Shown here one piece after another: positions 35,199 through 44,008 of a stretch of DNA of 57,047 bases (its first letter is position 1; every line of letters begins with the position of its first letter). The notes beneath the pieces were generated by a model, which saw only the letters and a list, made by a program, of their open reading frames with translations, had not been told where the DNA came from and made no database searches. The stretch is from a virus (taxonomy: Duplodnaviria; Caudoviricetes), in the IMG/VR virus record IMGVR_UViG_3300021077_000161, positions 1-57,047 of that record; one strand, written 5' to 3'. Position numbers and translations under genes: made by a program.

Positions 35199-37795
35199 TA
35201 TCTAGTACCTTGAGCCTCTTTAGGGGCTCTTTGTTTGATAGCACTAGCCAAATTAGAAGCTGCCTTTACGAAAGCGTCTGACAAAGAGCTTAGGTCATTG
35301 CCTGCTCCACGTTCTTTTATGATTTTGTCAACTTCTTTTGCCCCATACTTCTCTTCTAATTTTGCTTTGGTATCTGGATCTAGGTTCCCGCCATGTTCAG
35401 CTAGAGCTTCTTGAACCGCTTTTACCCTAGCAAGCTCCAATGCCTCTTTGCCTCCGGGAGCAGTGGCGTGTGCCCCTCTACCACTAGGCATTACAAGATC
35501 GTCCGTTGTCCTTAAGAACTCTAGTGAAAGCTTACCTGCATTAGCTAATTTATCGCCACCTAAAAATCCTCCTAAAAATTGGGCAGTTTCCCACTCCGCA
35601 TCTCTCCATTTTTTACCACCAACCTTACCTAGTGATTTGTCGGACAGCCTCTCTCTAAAAACAGCGTTAGGGTCGTTATTGTTTTCCCTAATTGTCCTTA
35701 AAGCAGCAGCATGTTTTGGAGCGTCTTGCCACTGACTGTCAACCACCTGAGCAAACGACCTGGTACGCATTGAATCGAAATACTTGACAGCTGATTCTTT
35801 GTTTATCAACTCGTCTGCCCAAAAAGGAACCTTTGCTCCCCCATAAGCAATAGAGGCAAGTAGATTCGGATCAGTTCCAGCCATTTCTTGTAATCTAATT
35901 GTACTAGCGTTAAACCTACCTCCAGTAGCATAAATAGAGTCTTGCCACGACGCAGCTTTATCAAAAGGAGACCTGGATCCAGAAGTGTATGTCTGTTCTA
36001 AGGCAGATCCTCTACTGTAAGCCATTGCTAGCCGTTGTTGCCCCGCCACATCGGCCCCTCCACCATACACGTAAGAAGCCATTTGAGAGGTAACGTACTC
36101 CAAATTACTGGCCCCATACATTCCAGACCCGACAGCACCTTGAGCTATGTTTTGGAATAAATCTCTAGCCACAGCAACGTCTAACCCACCAGTTCCTGTA
36201 AGACCGTTTTTACCGTTTATTAACTGTCTGTATGCGTTAGCGCCTTGTAGATCTCCTCCAACAACGCCCATACTCTTAACAAGCTGTCCTAAATTTCCAA
36301 ACCCCTCTATACCAGCCGAAATCAATTCATGCCCACCAAAAACCTTTCGATACCCCCTACCAATAGAAAGGAGTTGTTGATACTCTGACGCATCGTCTCC
36401 TAAATCCCACCCCCCAGCCGTATCCCTAGATTGATAGTATTCATAAGCAGACATAGGCTTTCCTTTTACCATTACGTCCGCTGTGCTTCTGCCAGACATT
36501 CTAAGGGATTTAACCCTAGACATTGCCCCGCCGCCCCCCATTGCGTTTAAAAAATACTGATCCCCGGCAGTTAGCTGAGCTTCTTTCGCTTCAGCTAGAT
36601 CTCTTAGCGCAGCCGCTTGTTTGGGGCCTATTCCTTGCTTTATTTCCGCTTCTGTCATTGCAAAGTTAGAAGGCATTTCTCCAGCTCCTAAAGCCCATTT
36701 TTTAGTTTCTAGAACAGCTGGATTAATCTTACCTCCACTAAACAGGTCTAAGGAAGAGCCGCTCATACTCATTCCAGGAACTACGCCATGTGCCAGTCCA
36801 ACTATTGACGGGCCAATGCCGCTAAACTTAGCCTTTGCTGCTCCTGTAAGGGTATTTATTCCAAGCTTTGTTTCTATTGTTTCTTTCCATAAATCCTGAC
36901 GAACTAAGTTTTTAAAAGCAGGATCCTGTAGAGCTTGCTCCATTCCATATTGCCCTACTAAGTTCCTACCAATAGTATTTTGGCCGTATGCTTTAAATGG
37001 AGAAAGAACACTTGACGCAGCTTGTTGTTGTTGAATTGGGAAGTTAATAGCAAATTGCTGTTCTCTCCCATACAAGTTATTTACGTAATTACCAGCCGCG
37101 TCAGCAATTTTATACCCACCGTAAGCAACAGCCCCGGCAATACCCAATCTACCAACAGTTGATCCCAAAAAACCACCAAGATTGCCAGCGGCTAAAGCTT
37201 CAAAGCCCCCCGCAACGCCGCCAATAGTTGGGCCATTCCATCCGCCGCCACCTTTTCCACCACCTTTTCCACCACCTCCAGGATTAGTTACAGGGACGAT
37301 AGGGTTCGAAGGTGCTCCAGAAGGGGTAAAACTACTACCAGGCAACCCACCAAACCCATTGGGGGCAGGGCCAGTAAACCCAGAAGACTGGCCTCCGGCA
37401 GAAGCCCAAGCCTTTTCCTCCATTGCGTATATTGCCTTAGAGGCCCATCCTTCACCACCGCCCATAGCTTTGGCGGTATTACCCATTCTAGCCGCTCTTT
37501 GTTCTAAGCGATCAAAACTTTTAATTATTCTGTCAGTAGCTCTTTCAGCTTGACTTGGGTCGCCAATAATCGCACCCGAAATCCCAGTAGCTGAACTTTG
37601 AGGGTTAGCTTTAATAGATCCGGGTCTGCTTTGGCCACTTTGGCTTCCAGTGTTAATTTTGTTGACGCTTTGAGATACACGGTCAGTAGCTTTGTTTAAT
37701 TTGTCAGCTAGCGTCAGCAACCCCTTAAAAGCGTTTTCAGCAACTCTTACCGAAGATGCATCTATACTTGTAGAAATTCTAATATCTTGCGGCAT
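35198..37795 (-). CDS. Tail tape measure protein
   Basis: 865 aa Ala/Gly-rich helical; downstream of chaperones, upstream of hub. Confidence 0.7.
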   Translation of the reverse strand: MPQDIRISTSIDASSVRVAENAFKGLLTLADKLNKATDRVSQSVNKINTGSQSGQSRPGSIKANPQSSATGISGAIIGDPSQAERATDRIIKSFDRLEQRAARMGNTAKAMGGGEGWASKAIYAMEEKAWASAGGQSSGFTGPAPNGFGGLPGSSFTPSGAPSNPIVPVTNPGGGGKGGGKGGGGWNGPTIGGVAGGFEALAAGNLGGFLGSTVGRLGIAGAVAYGGYKIADAAGNYVNNLYGREQQFAINFPIQQQQAASSVLSPFKAYGQNTIGRNLVGQYGMEQALQDPAFKNLVRQDLWKETIETKLGINTLTGAAKAKFSGIGPSIVGLAHGVVPGMSMSGSSLDLFSGGKINPAVLETKKWALGAGEMPSNFAMTEAEIKQGIGPKQAAALRDLAEAKEAQLTAGDQYFLNAMGGGGAMSRVKSLRMSGRSTADVMVKGKPMSAYEYYQSRDTAGGWDLGDDASEYQQLLSIGRGYRKVFGGHELISAGIEGFGNLGQLVKSMGVVGGDLQGANAYRQLINGKNGLTGTGGLDVAVARDLFQNIAQGAVGSGMYGASNLEYVTSQMASYVYGGGADVAGQQRLAMAYSRGSALEQTYTSGSRSPFDKAASWQDSIYATGGRFNASTIRLQEMAGTDPNLLASIAYGGAKVPFWADELINKESAVKYFDSMRTRSFAQVVDSQWQDAPKHAAALRTIRENNNDPNAVFRERLSDKSLGKVGGKKWRDAEWETAQFLGGFLGGDKLANAGKLSLEFLRTTDDLVMPSGRGAHATAPGGKEALELARVKAVQEALAEHGGNLDPDTKAKLEEKYGAKEVDKIIKERGAGNDLSSLSDAFVKAASNLASAIKQRAPKEAQGTR

Positions 37796-37814
37796 GTCCC
37801 CTCAAATTCATACC

Positions 37815-38306
37815 CTAAAGATTGTTGTCAAATCTAAGGCTGTCTCCAAAATCCAAGGCAAACCCCTCATCTACCGTTTGAGGAATTTTACCTAATGCTT
37901 CTCCTAATTCTTTAACGCTATCAGCTAATTTATTGCTTATGCTGGCTAGTTCTTTTTTAGGAGTTTTCTTCTTTTCTTTTAATGCCTGGTTCTGTAGAAT
38001 AGCTTCTTTCTCAAGCTTGTCCATATCGCTGTCTGAAGCTGATTTCTCTAAAGCTCTTTGTAATTCGTCTTGAGGCTGTAGGACTTCTTCGAGTTCTTTG
38101 TTTAATTCAGCTTCACCTAACCCTTCGTAATGTTCGCTAAAGTAAGCTCTATAGACATCAAGCCTTGGAAGGTCATCTACTAAATGTAACGGTGTGGCGA
38201 ATGTCTTACTGTACCAACGTGACACATAATACCATTCTTCATCAGGAGTATATTTTTCAATTACATTCCTGAGAGCTATCAGCTTTAAATTACGAATATG
38301 GTCGAT
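37815..38306 (-). CDS. Putative tail assembly chaperone (T-like part); frame open upstream of GTG 38225 to an ATC at 38306
   Basis: RWYSKTF.TP..LP..Y.EH pattern, directly before TMP; AGGAG 9 nt before ATC. Confidence 0.5.
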   Translation of the reverse strand: MDHIRNLKLIALRNVIEKYTPDEEWYYVSRWYSKTFATPLHLVDDLPRLDVYRAYFSEHYEGLGEAELNKELEEVLQPQDELQRALEKSASDSDMDKLEKEAILQNQALKEKKKTPKKELASISNKLADSVKELGEALGKIPQTVDEGFALDFGDSLRFDNNL

Positions 38307-38347
38307 TTTAGTTGACTCCTAAACAATTTAACGATAGGATTTAAATT

Positions 38348-38725
38348 ATGAAACACACATATCGAAATGCAAAAGGAAAGACCATTGCCGAAATTCTACC
38401 TAATGGACGGTTTCTTAAAATTGGAGAAAGGGTAGAAAAGGGAGATTTGAGGATTTGGGACAACGATAAATACAACGTTATATCGCCTTATCGTTATTCC
38501 TGGTGGATTAAAGAAACTGTTCCCTCAAGCTATCGCAATTCCTTCTACAGACCAACCAAACCCAAGTATCGAATTCTTAAGTCAAATGAAATTATCCGAA
38601 AGGGCGATCAAGCTTATTCCCCACATACTAGAGGTTGGGGAAAGTGTGTCAAGTCAATTGGGTTTAATGTAGGCGACTATACTACTTTGTCTATTTGTAC
38701 AAGAATCCGTCGCCCCATTAAGTAG
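38348..38725 (+). CDS. Protein with two YRxLxxGExIxxGD domains
   Basis: RFLKIGERVEKGD..FYRP; YRILKSNEIIRKGDQ..W..RRP. Confidence 0.7.
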   Translation: MKHTYRNAKGKTIAEILPNGRFLKIGERVEKGDLRIWDNDKYNVISPYRYSWWIKETVPSSYRNSFYRPTKPKYRILKSNEIIRKGDQAYSPHTRGWGKCVKSIGFNVGDYTTLSICTRIRRPIK

Positions 38726-39113
38726 CCGCTACGTCTTTCTTTAGGATATCTTCTGCTTTTTTAGCTTCATCAGCTAACTTCTTATATTCTGCGTCAATAA
38801 CTTCTTGAGCTTTGTTGTTAACTTCTGCAATTAGATTAACATCATCGCACTCTAGGCCCCCTTGCAGTTTCTTCCACCAATCAGGGCTTACAATGACGTG
38901 GGTAGCTAAATAAGAAATAGCTGCTGCAATGTTCCTAGAATTAGACGCAGCGTTACTAGGATCAGGTCCTATAATAGACCGATAAATTTCATCTTGCTTT
39001 AAGGTCTCTCTCATAGACAAAGATGTCTTTACTGTAAACGTACCTGAGTATTTGTTTCCAGTAATTTCGCCCACTACATCAACTGCAAAGTCAACCTGTG
39101 ATTTTAACGCCAT
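38718..39113 (-). CDS. Putative tail assembly chaperone (G-like part)
   Basis: YSGTFTVK..LS..SPDWW..D.NLI; late motif upstream; position before TMP. Confidence 0.55.
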   Translation of the reverse strand: MALKSQVDFAVDVVGEITGNKYSGTFTVKTSLSMRETLKQDEIYRSIIGPDPSNAASNSRNIAAAISYLATHVIVSPDWWKKLQGGLECDDVNLIAEVNNKAQEVIDAEYKKLADEAKKAEDILKKDVAAT

Positions 39114-39202
39114 TCTTTACCTCTTTCTATTTGACAAGTCCAATTTCTTAACCTAAGATTGTTATTCAACTTTTGTATCTGGAAAACTAAAGGAGACCAA
39201 AA

Positions 39203-39406
39203 ATGCCCCTAAACACACCTGTCATCTTTCAGATCTTTAGCAAGTCAGGAAACTCTATTGCCCTAGCTCAATGCGACTATAATGAACTAGAGAGCGTAGA
39301 GCCTAGAATTAAGGAAGCTTGCGTTAAAAAGAACCTTACTTACAAAATGACCGTTCCTCATACCACTTACAGCCTCTTGAAGTTTTTGGAGACAGCTAAT
39401 GCCTGA
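39203..39406 (+). CDS. Hypothetical protein
   Basis: AAGGAG RBS. Confidence 0.55.
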   Translation: MPLNTPVIFQIFSKSGNSIALAQCDYNELESVEPRIKEACVKKNLTYKMTVPHTTYSLLKFLETANA

Positions 39407-39593
39407 AAGCCCATTCCCTAAACTCAGTCCCGTAGATCAATGTTTACATGATATGAGCCATGATGTTTTTACCGCTTATCATCGGACTGAGGGGAAAGAC
39501 GCTTTTAACAACGAAAAACTAGACCAAGCGTCAACCATTACTTGGGACGCTTATGTTGCGTTGCGTAGTCTGTTAGGAGATATCATTAAGTAG
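39399..39593 (+). CDS. Hypothetical protein
   Basis: Coupled ORF. Confidence 0.5.
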   Translation: MPESPFPKLSPVDQCLHDMSHDVFTAYHRTEGKDAFNNEKLDQASTITWDAYVALRSLLGDIIK

Positions 39594-39615
39594 GTTTGTT
39601 AAACAGGAGAATAGA

Positions 39616-39912
39616 ATGAAAAAGAAAGATTTTATTATTGATATGGAAGGGTTTGATGTAGACTCTCGGGTTTCGTTTAACATTGACGGAACTGAAGAGC
39701 TTACAGGTACAGGAAAGATTTTGGGAAAGGGTATTGAAGGTTTTATGCCAATGTTTATCGTTCTATTAGATAAGCCTATTGCTGGACAAAAAGCGCTTCT
39801 AATCCAAAGATCACTAATTAAGAAAGCTGAACTAAAAATGAAAAACATATGCACAAATCCAAACCGCTCTTGCACAAATGGCGTTCATTGCGTCAAGAAA
39901 ATGAAGACCTAA
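39616..39912 (+). CDS. Hypothetical SH3-like protein
   Basis: AGGAG RBS; DSRVSF..GTGKILG..FIVLLD. Confidence 0.55.
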   Translation: MKKKDFIIDMEGFDVDSRVSFNIDGTEELTGTGKILGKGIEGFMPMFIVLLDKPIAGQKALLIQRSLIKKAELKMKNICTNPNRSCTNGVHCVKKMKT

Positions 39913-40001
39913 AAGCGAAGCTAGAAAGTCGACTTGAAATAACACTTGACAACCTCTTACTATTAAGCTATACCTAACAAATCAAATCAAGGAGCCCTAA
40001 A

Positions 40002-40349
40002 ATGACCAACCAAAAATACAAATTCACAAAAGAAACCCTACATTTTAACAAACACATCCTTCACCGAATTGTCGCTACGCGTGATTTCGGTTATATTAAG
40101 AAAGGTGACCTAGGCGGGTGGATTGAAAATGAAAACAACCTAAGTCATGAAGGTAATTGTTGGGTCTCTGATAACGCTCGGGTCTTTGATAATGCTTGGG
40201 TCTTTGGAAAGGCTCAGGTCTATGGGGGCGCTCAGGTCTTTGGGGATGCTCAGGTCTGTGGGAAGGCTGAAATCAAAAGTACAACCCACCTAACCAAAGG
40301 AGACCATAGCGGTGAAGTTGTAAAAGCCCCCCCAAACAAGCCTAAGTGA
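40002..40349 (+). CDS. Hexapeptide-repeat phage protein
   Basis: LHRIVATRDF..KKGDLGGWIE.E.NLSHEGNCWV then NARVFD/AQVYG repeats; TTGACA promoter at 39946. Confidence 0.8.
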   Translation: MTNQKYKFTKETLHFNKHILHRIVATRDFGYIKKGDLGGWIENENNLSHEGNCWVSDNARVFDNAWVFGKAQVYGGAQVFGDAQVCGKAEIKSTTHLTKGDHSGEVVKAPPNKPK

Positions 40350-40477
40350 AGAAGTTACCAAGCTGCGTCAAGAAATAAAAGAATTGAAAGCGAAGCTACA
40401 GAGGTTTCTAAATGTAGCGGATTAAATCGCTCGTTAAAAACAGTTGACAGTTTTTAAAAGTATGTTAGACTAGTTTT

Positions 40478-40713
40478 GTGCTTGTGGAGATAATGATTAT
40501 TTAAGTTGATTCCTTGAATAATCGTCCCAAGAGACTTCACAAGCATATTTGACTGGGTTGGTGAATTGGCATAGCTAGTTCCAAAGGATCGAAACCTTTC
40601 CTGGTCGCTCAGGTGATAGTTTAAATAAAAACGTTGGCACCGTTGCCCAAAGATGTGGTAGATCCTACGTACCTTTATGGGCGTAATTCGATTCCATGAT
40701 CCTGACCAATTCA
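40478..40713 (+). ncRNA. Putative structured ncRNA with own sigma70 promoter
   Basis: TTGACA 40444 / TAGACT 40466; long hairpin 40478-40546; TGAATTGG/CCAATTCA closes a multi-hairpin domain 40562-40713. Confidence 0.5.
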
Positions 40714-40771
40714 AATTTATTAAACAAAAGAAACAATATATTTTGAGAGTAATAAGTAATAAGTAGGGGTA

Positions 40772-42865
40772 ATGTTTTTGAACTTAATTTCGCTTAAAAG
40801 ACTTACTTTAAACAATTTTGGCCCTTTTGTAGGAACACATGTGGTAGAGTTCCCTACATCGGGCCTTTGTTTAATAAAAGGAAAGGTTCTGGAAACAGGC
40901 GATGGTTCTGGATCAGGTAAGAGCTATCTACTAAAAGCTATTTCACATTTGTTTGGTGGATGCCCAGATCCTGCTACAGAAATTCAAAGTTGGTTTTCAG
41001 AAGAACCACCAGAAGTTTCAGCAATTATTGAAACTCCTAATGGAGAAATTACCGTAAAGCGTCGTAAGGGGCTTTCTATATCTGGGGCTAGTTACAAAGA
41101 AATTCTTAAAGGTAAGTCAGCCGAGCCAGAACTAGATAAAATCTTTGGTATAGATGAACGGTCTAGGGCTATCATAACTTATAGAGGACAGCGTCAGCCC
41201 GGTCTTTTTCTATCTTTGAATGATGAAAAGAAAAAGAGTTTCCTTTGGGGGCTGTTAGATTTAAGCCCTTACGAAAAGGTAGCTAAAGAGGCTCAAGATA
41301 AAGCGGGCAGACTTGAAGAAGAGGTAACGTCTCTAACTCAGCAAGTTAGTTTTATTTACTCGAATCTTGAAACAGCAAAGACGTCTCTTCAAAGGGCTGA
41401 AAAAGAACTTGAAGAAACTCCTGCCAAAGAATTTGACGCTACTAGTTGTAAAAAAAGAATTATTGAAATTAAGACCAACATAAAAAACCTTCAGTCTGAT
41501 ATAGAAGCCCTAAGAAAAGCCTCTCAGAATGAGCTGGATGCTGTTCTAGGAACGATTAAGAGTAAGTCTAAGTTAGTGTACCAAAAGCAGGAACCGATTG
41601 AAGTAACCGCTTTAAGATCTGAATTAGAAAAACAGCGCAAGCAGTTAGAGAGTTTAAAAGAGAAAGATGCTGCGCTAAGACTAGAAGCTGAGAAGAAGCG
41701 CAATGAGTTAAGAATAGTTATACAGGCCAATCAAAAAGATATTTCTAGAAAGCCTAAACTATTAGCAGATCTTGCCTCCGCTAAAAAGAGAGAAACCCTT
41801 TTAGTTGAACAAAAATGTTCTGAGTGTAAACGAGAGTGGGTCGGGGCAGAAGCTGAAAAGACTCTAGTTACTGTCAGAGAGTTTATTGAGTCAGCCAACT
41901 TTCAGCTAGAAACTATTGTGTCTATGGAAGAAAGCGTAAGGGAGAAAACTTTACAACTACAAAGAATAAAAGATCCTGAAGTTAGTCCGTTAACAAAAGA
42001 AACACAAGATAAGATTGTTTCTATTAACGCAGATATAAAAACAAAAGTAGAAGCCTTCGAGTCCAAGAAGCGTCAGGCGATTAACGTACTAGACCAAGAA
42101 GAAAAAACAACTAAAAAGCAGTTTCAAGATAAACTGGCATTAGATTTGCAAGAGTTTAGTAAAGAGGGACAATCTCTACAAGCTGAACTAGATCGCGATT
42201 TAAAAGATGAAAAAGACTTCTTGGAAGCTCAAGCTCAGCTAAAGGCAAAACATGCTGTAGTTGAAGAACGAAGAAAACAGGTATCTAATACTGAGGTTTC
42301 TTATAAAGACACTTTGAGTAGGAAGCTTGAGGTAGAAAAAGCTTGGAATCTAGAAAAAGACATAATTGCCCTAGTAGGCCGTAGTGGGTTCTTAGGGACA
42401 ATAATTGAAGAAGTGTTAAATGAAATTTCTTCTGTGGCAAATGATATATTGGGTCAAATTGCCAACGTGCGGCATCTTTCGTTGGATTTTGAAACTGAAA
42501 AAGTGTCTAAAACTACAGACAATACCCAAGTTAAAATTACTCCTGTTATTTACAGTAGAGGTCGTAGAGTTAGTTTGACTTCGGGTATTTCTGGAGGTAT
42601 GCAAGTGGCCATTGAGTTGTCCGTGGACCTAGCTGTAGGAGAGGTAATTTCTAGACGCAGAGGAACGTATCCTGGATGGATTGTTTTAGACGAATGCTTT
42701 GATGGATTGGGGAGTATTGCTAAAGAAGCGGTTCTTGAGATGTTAAAAAACCATGCTGGAGACAGGCTAGTTTTGGTTGTAGACCATGACGCTACGTTCC
42801 AAGCCCTTTTCGATACGGTTATAAACGTAGAGATGTCTGACGGAAAATCAAATATTGTGGTATAG
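40772..42865 (+). CDS. sbcC: SbcC/Rad50/gp46-like SMC ATPase
   Basis: Walker A GSGSGKS, coiled coils, CSEC hook, ISGG signature, IVLDE Walker B, VDH. Confidence 0.92.
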   Translation: MFLNLISLKRLTLNNFGPFVGTHVVEFPTSGLCLIKGKVLETGDGSGSGKSYLLKAISHLFGGCPDPATEIQSWFSEEPPEVSAIIETPNGEITVKRRKGLSISGASYKEILKGKSAEPELDKIFGIDERSRAIITYRGQRQPGLFLSLNDEKKKSFLWGLLDLSPYEKVAKEAQDKAGRLEEEVTSLTQQVSFIYSNLETAKTSLQRAEKELEETPAKEFDATSCKKRIIEIKTNIKNLQSDIEALRKASQNELDAVLGTIKSKSKLVYQKQEPIEVTALRSELEKQRKQLESLKEKDAALRLEAEKKRNELRIVIQANQKDISRKPKLLADLASAKKRETLLVEQKCSECKREWVGAEAEKTLVTVREFIESANFQLETIVSMEESVREKTLQLQRIKDPEVSPLTKETQDKIVSINADIKTKVEAFESKKRQAINVLDQEEKTTKKQFQDKLALDLQEFSKEGQSLQAELDRDLKDEKDFLEAQAQLKAKHAVVEERRKQVSNTEVSYKDTLSRKLEVEKAWNLEKDIIALVGRSGFLGTIIEEVLNEISSVANDILGQIANVRHLSLDFETEKVSKTTDNTQVKITPVIYSRGRRVSLTSGISGGMQVAIELSVDLAVGEVISRRRGTYPGWIVLDECFDGLGSIAKEAVLEMLKNHAGDRLVLVVDHDATFQALFDTVINVEMSDGKSNIVV

Positions 42866-42876
42866 TTGAAAGCATG

Positions 42877-44008
42877 CTTATCCGGTTGATGCCCACAGAA
42901 CCCAAATGATTATCACCTACAAATACCGTCTCAAAGGATCTCGCGTTGCGAGAACGTTGAGGCACCATGCATGGGCAGTCAACCAAGTGTGGAATTTCTG
43001 CACGGCATCCCAACGGAAAGCTCAGGAAATCTACCGTCTGGGTTCCACTAGTAAGTGGCCGTCTCGGTACGCTTTACAGGGTCTAGCCAATGGCACTTCC
43101 AAAGAACTCGGGGTACACGCCCAGACCGTTCAAGGTGCCTGTGAGCGCTTCGCGCGTAGCCGCGACCAACACAAGAAGTGTCCTAAGTTTCGTCGCTCTT
43201 CGGGATCGAAACGATCTCTAGGCTGGGTTCCCTTTCAAGAACAGTCCCGTCAAATCACGCCTTCTTCGGTAACCTACCTAGGACGCACTTACCGATTCTT
43301 CGGAGCAAAGCGGCGTCCGCTTCCTAGCAACGCAAAGGGTGGTTGTTTTGCCGAGGATTCTTCCGGGAAGTGGTACGCGTGTTTTCAGGTTGAGGTAGGT
43401 ACCCTTCCTACCGGCACCGGCCAGGTCGGAATCGACCTTGGGCTGAAAACCCTCGCCACTACTAGCGACGGGGAGAAGATAGCGCATCCGGCTTTCTTCC
43501 GAGCTACCGAAGAGAATCTCGCAATCGCCCAAAGGGCTCACAACACTTCCAGAGTCAAAGCACTTCATGCGAAGGCTAAGAATCAACGAAAGGACTACCT
43601 ACACAAAGTATCGGCGAAGCTCGCCGACGCAAACCGTTTGATCGTAGTTGGCAACGTGTCGGCATCAAAACTGGCGAAGACAAGCATGGCAAAGTCCGTA
43701 CTTGATGCCGGTTGGAGTATGCTGAGAGGGTTTCTTGCTTATAAAGCCAGTAGGCATCAAGCGACCTTCATCGAAGTCAATGAAGCATTTACGACCCAAA
43801 CCTGTTCCGCTTGTGGGGATCGATCCTCCGAGGGGAGGCCGAAAGGTATCGCAGGGCTTGGAATAAGAGAGTGGAGATGTTCAGCTTGTGGGGTGACCCA
43901 CGACCGTGATCGTAACGCGGCCCTGAATATCTTGAATCTCGGGCTGAGTGCTCAGCCTCGTGTTGACGAAAGCCGGGCCGCCTAATGGGCGTCAACCGGA
44001 TAGGCACG
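42877..44008 (+). mobile_element. Transposase-free TnpB cassette 2
   Basis: 42873-42895 complementary to 43986-44008; GC-richer than flanks. Confidence 0.8.
42906..43985 (+). CDS. tnpB: TnpB RNA-guided endonuclease (rearranged RuvC-II type)
   Basis: GIDLGLK, VVGNV, VNEAFTTQTCS, CxxC finger, HDRDRNAA; close paralog of 12466-13542. Confidence 0.93.
   Translation: MIITYKYRLKGSRVARTLRHHAWAVNQVWNFCTASQRKAQEIYRLGSTSKWPSRYALQGLANGTSKELGVHAQTVQGACERFARSRDQHKKCPKFRRSSGSKRSLGWVPFQEQSRQITPSSVTYLGRTYRFFGAKRRPLPSNAKGGCFAEDSSGKWYACFQVEVGTLPTGTGQVGIDLGLKTLATTSDGEKIAHPAFFRATEENLAIAQRAHNTSRVKALHAKAKNQRKDYLHKVSAKLADANRLIVVGNVSASKLAKTSMAKSVLDAGWSMLRGFLAYKASRHQATFIEVNEAFTTQTCSACGDRSSEGRPKGIAGLGIREWRCSACGVTHDRDRNAALNILNLGLSAQPRVDESRAA

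Noticed and set aside
40454-40714. 86-aa minus-strand ORF
   Set aside because: TTG start without RBS, antisense to a promoter-driven structured region
42886-43995. ISDra2-like boundaries (TTGAT on the left, GTCAA on the right) with CCGGATAGGCACG as a fixed guide
   Set aside because: CCGGATAGGCACG occurs at all three loci and can pair with internal scaffold (AGC(C/T)GG, AGTG(C/T)(C/T)), so it fits scaffold better; the third copy lacks GTCAA and cassette 1 lacks TTGAT at that position
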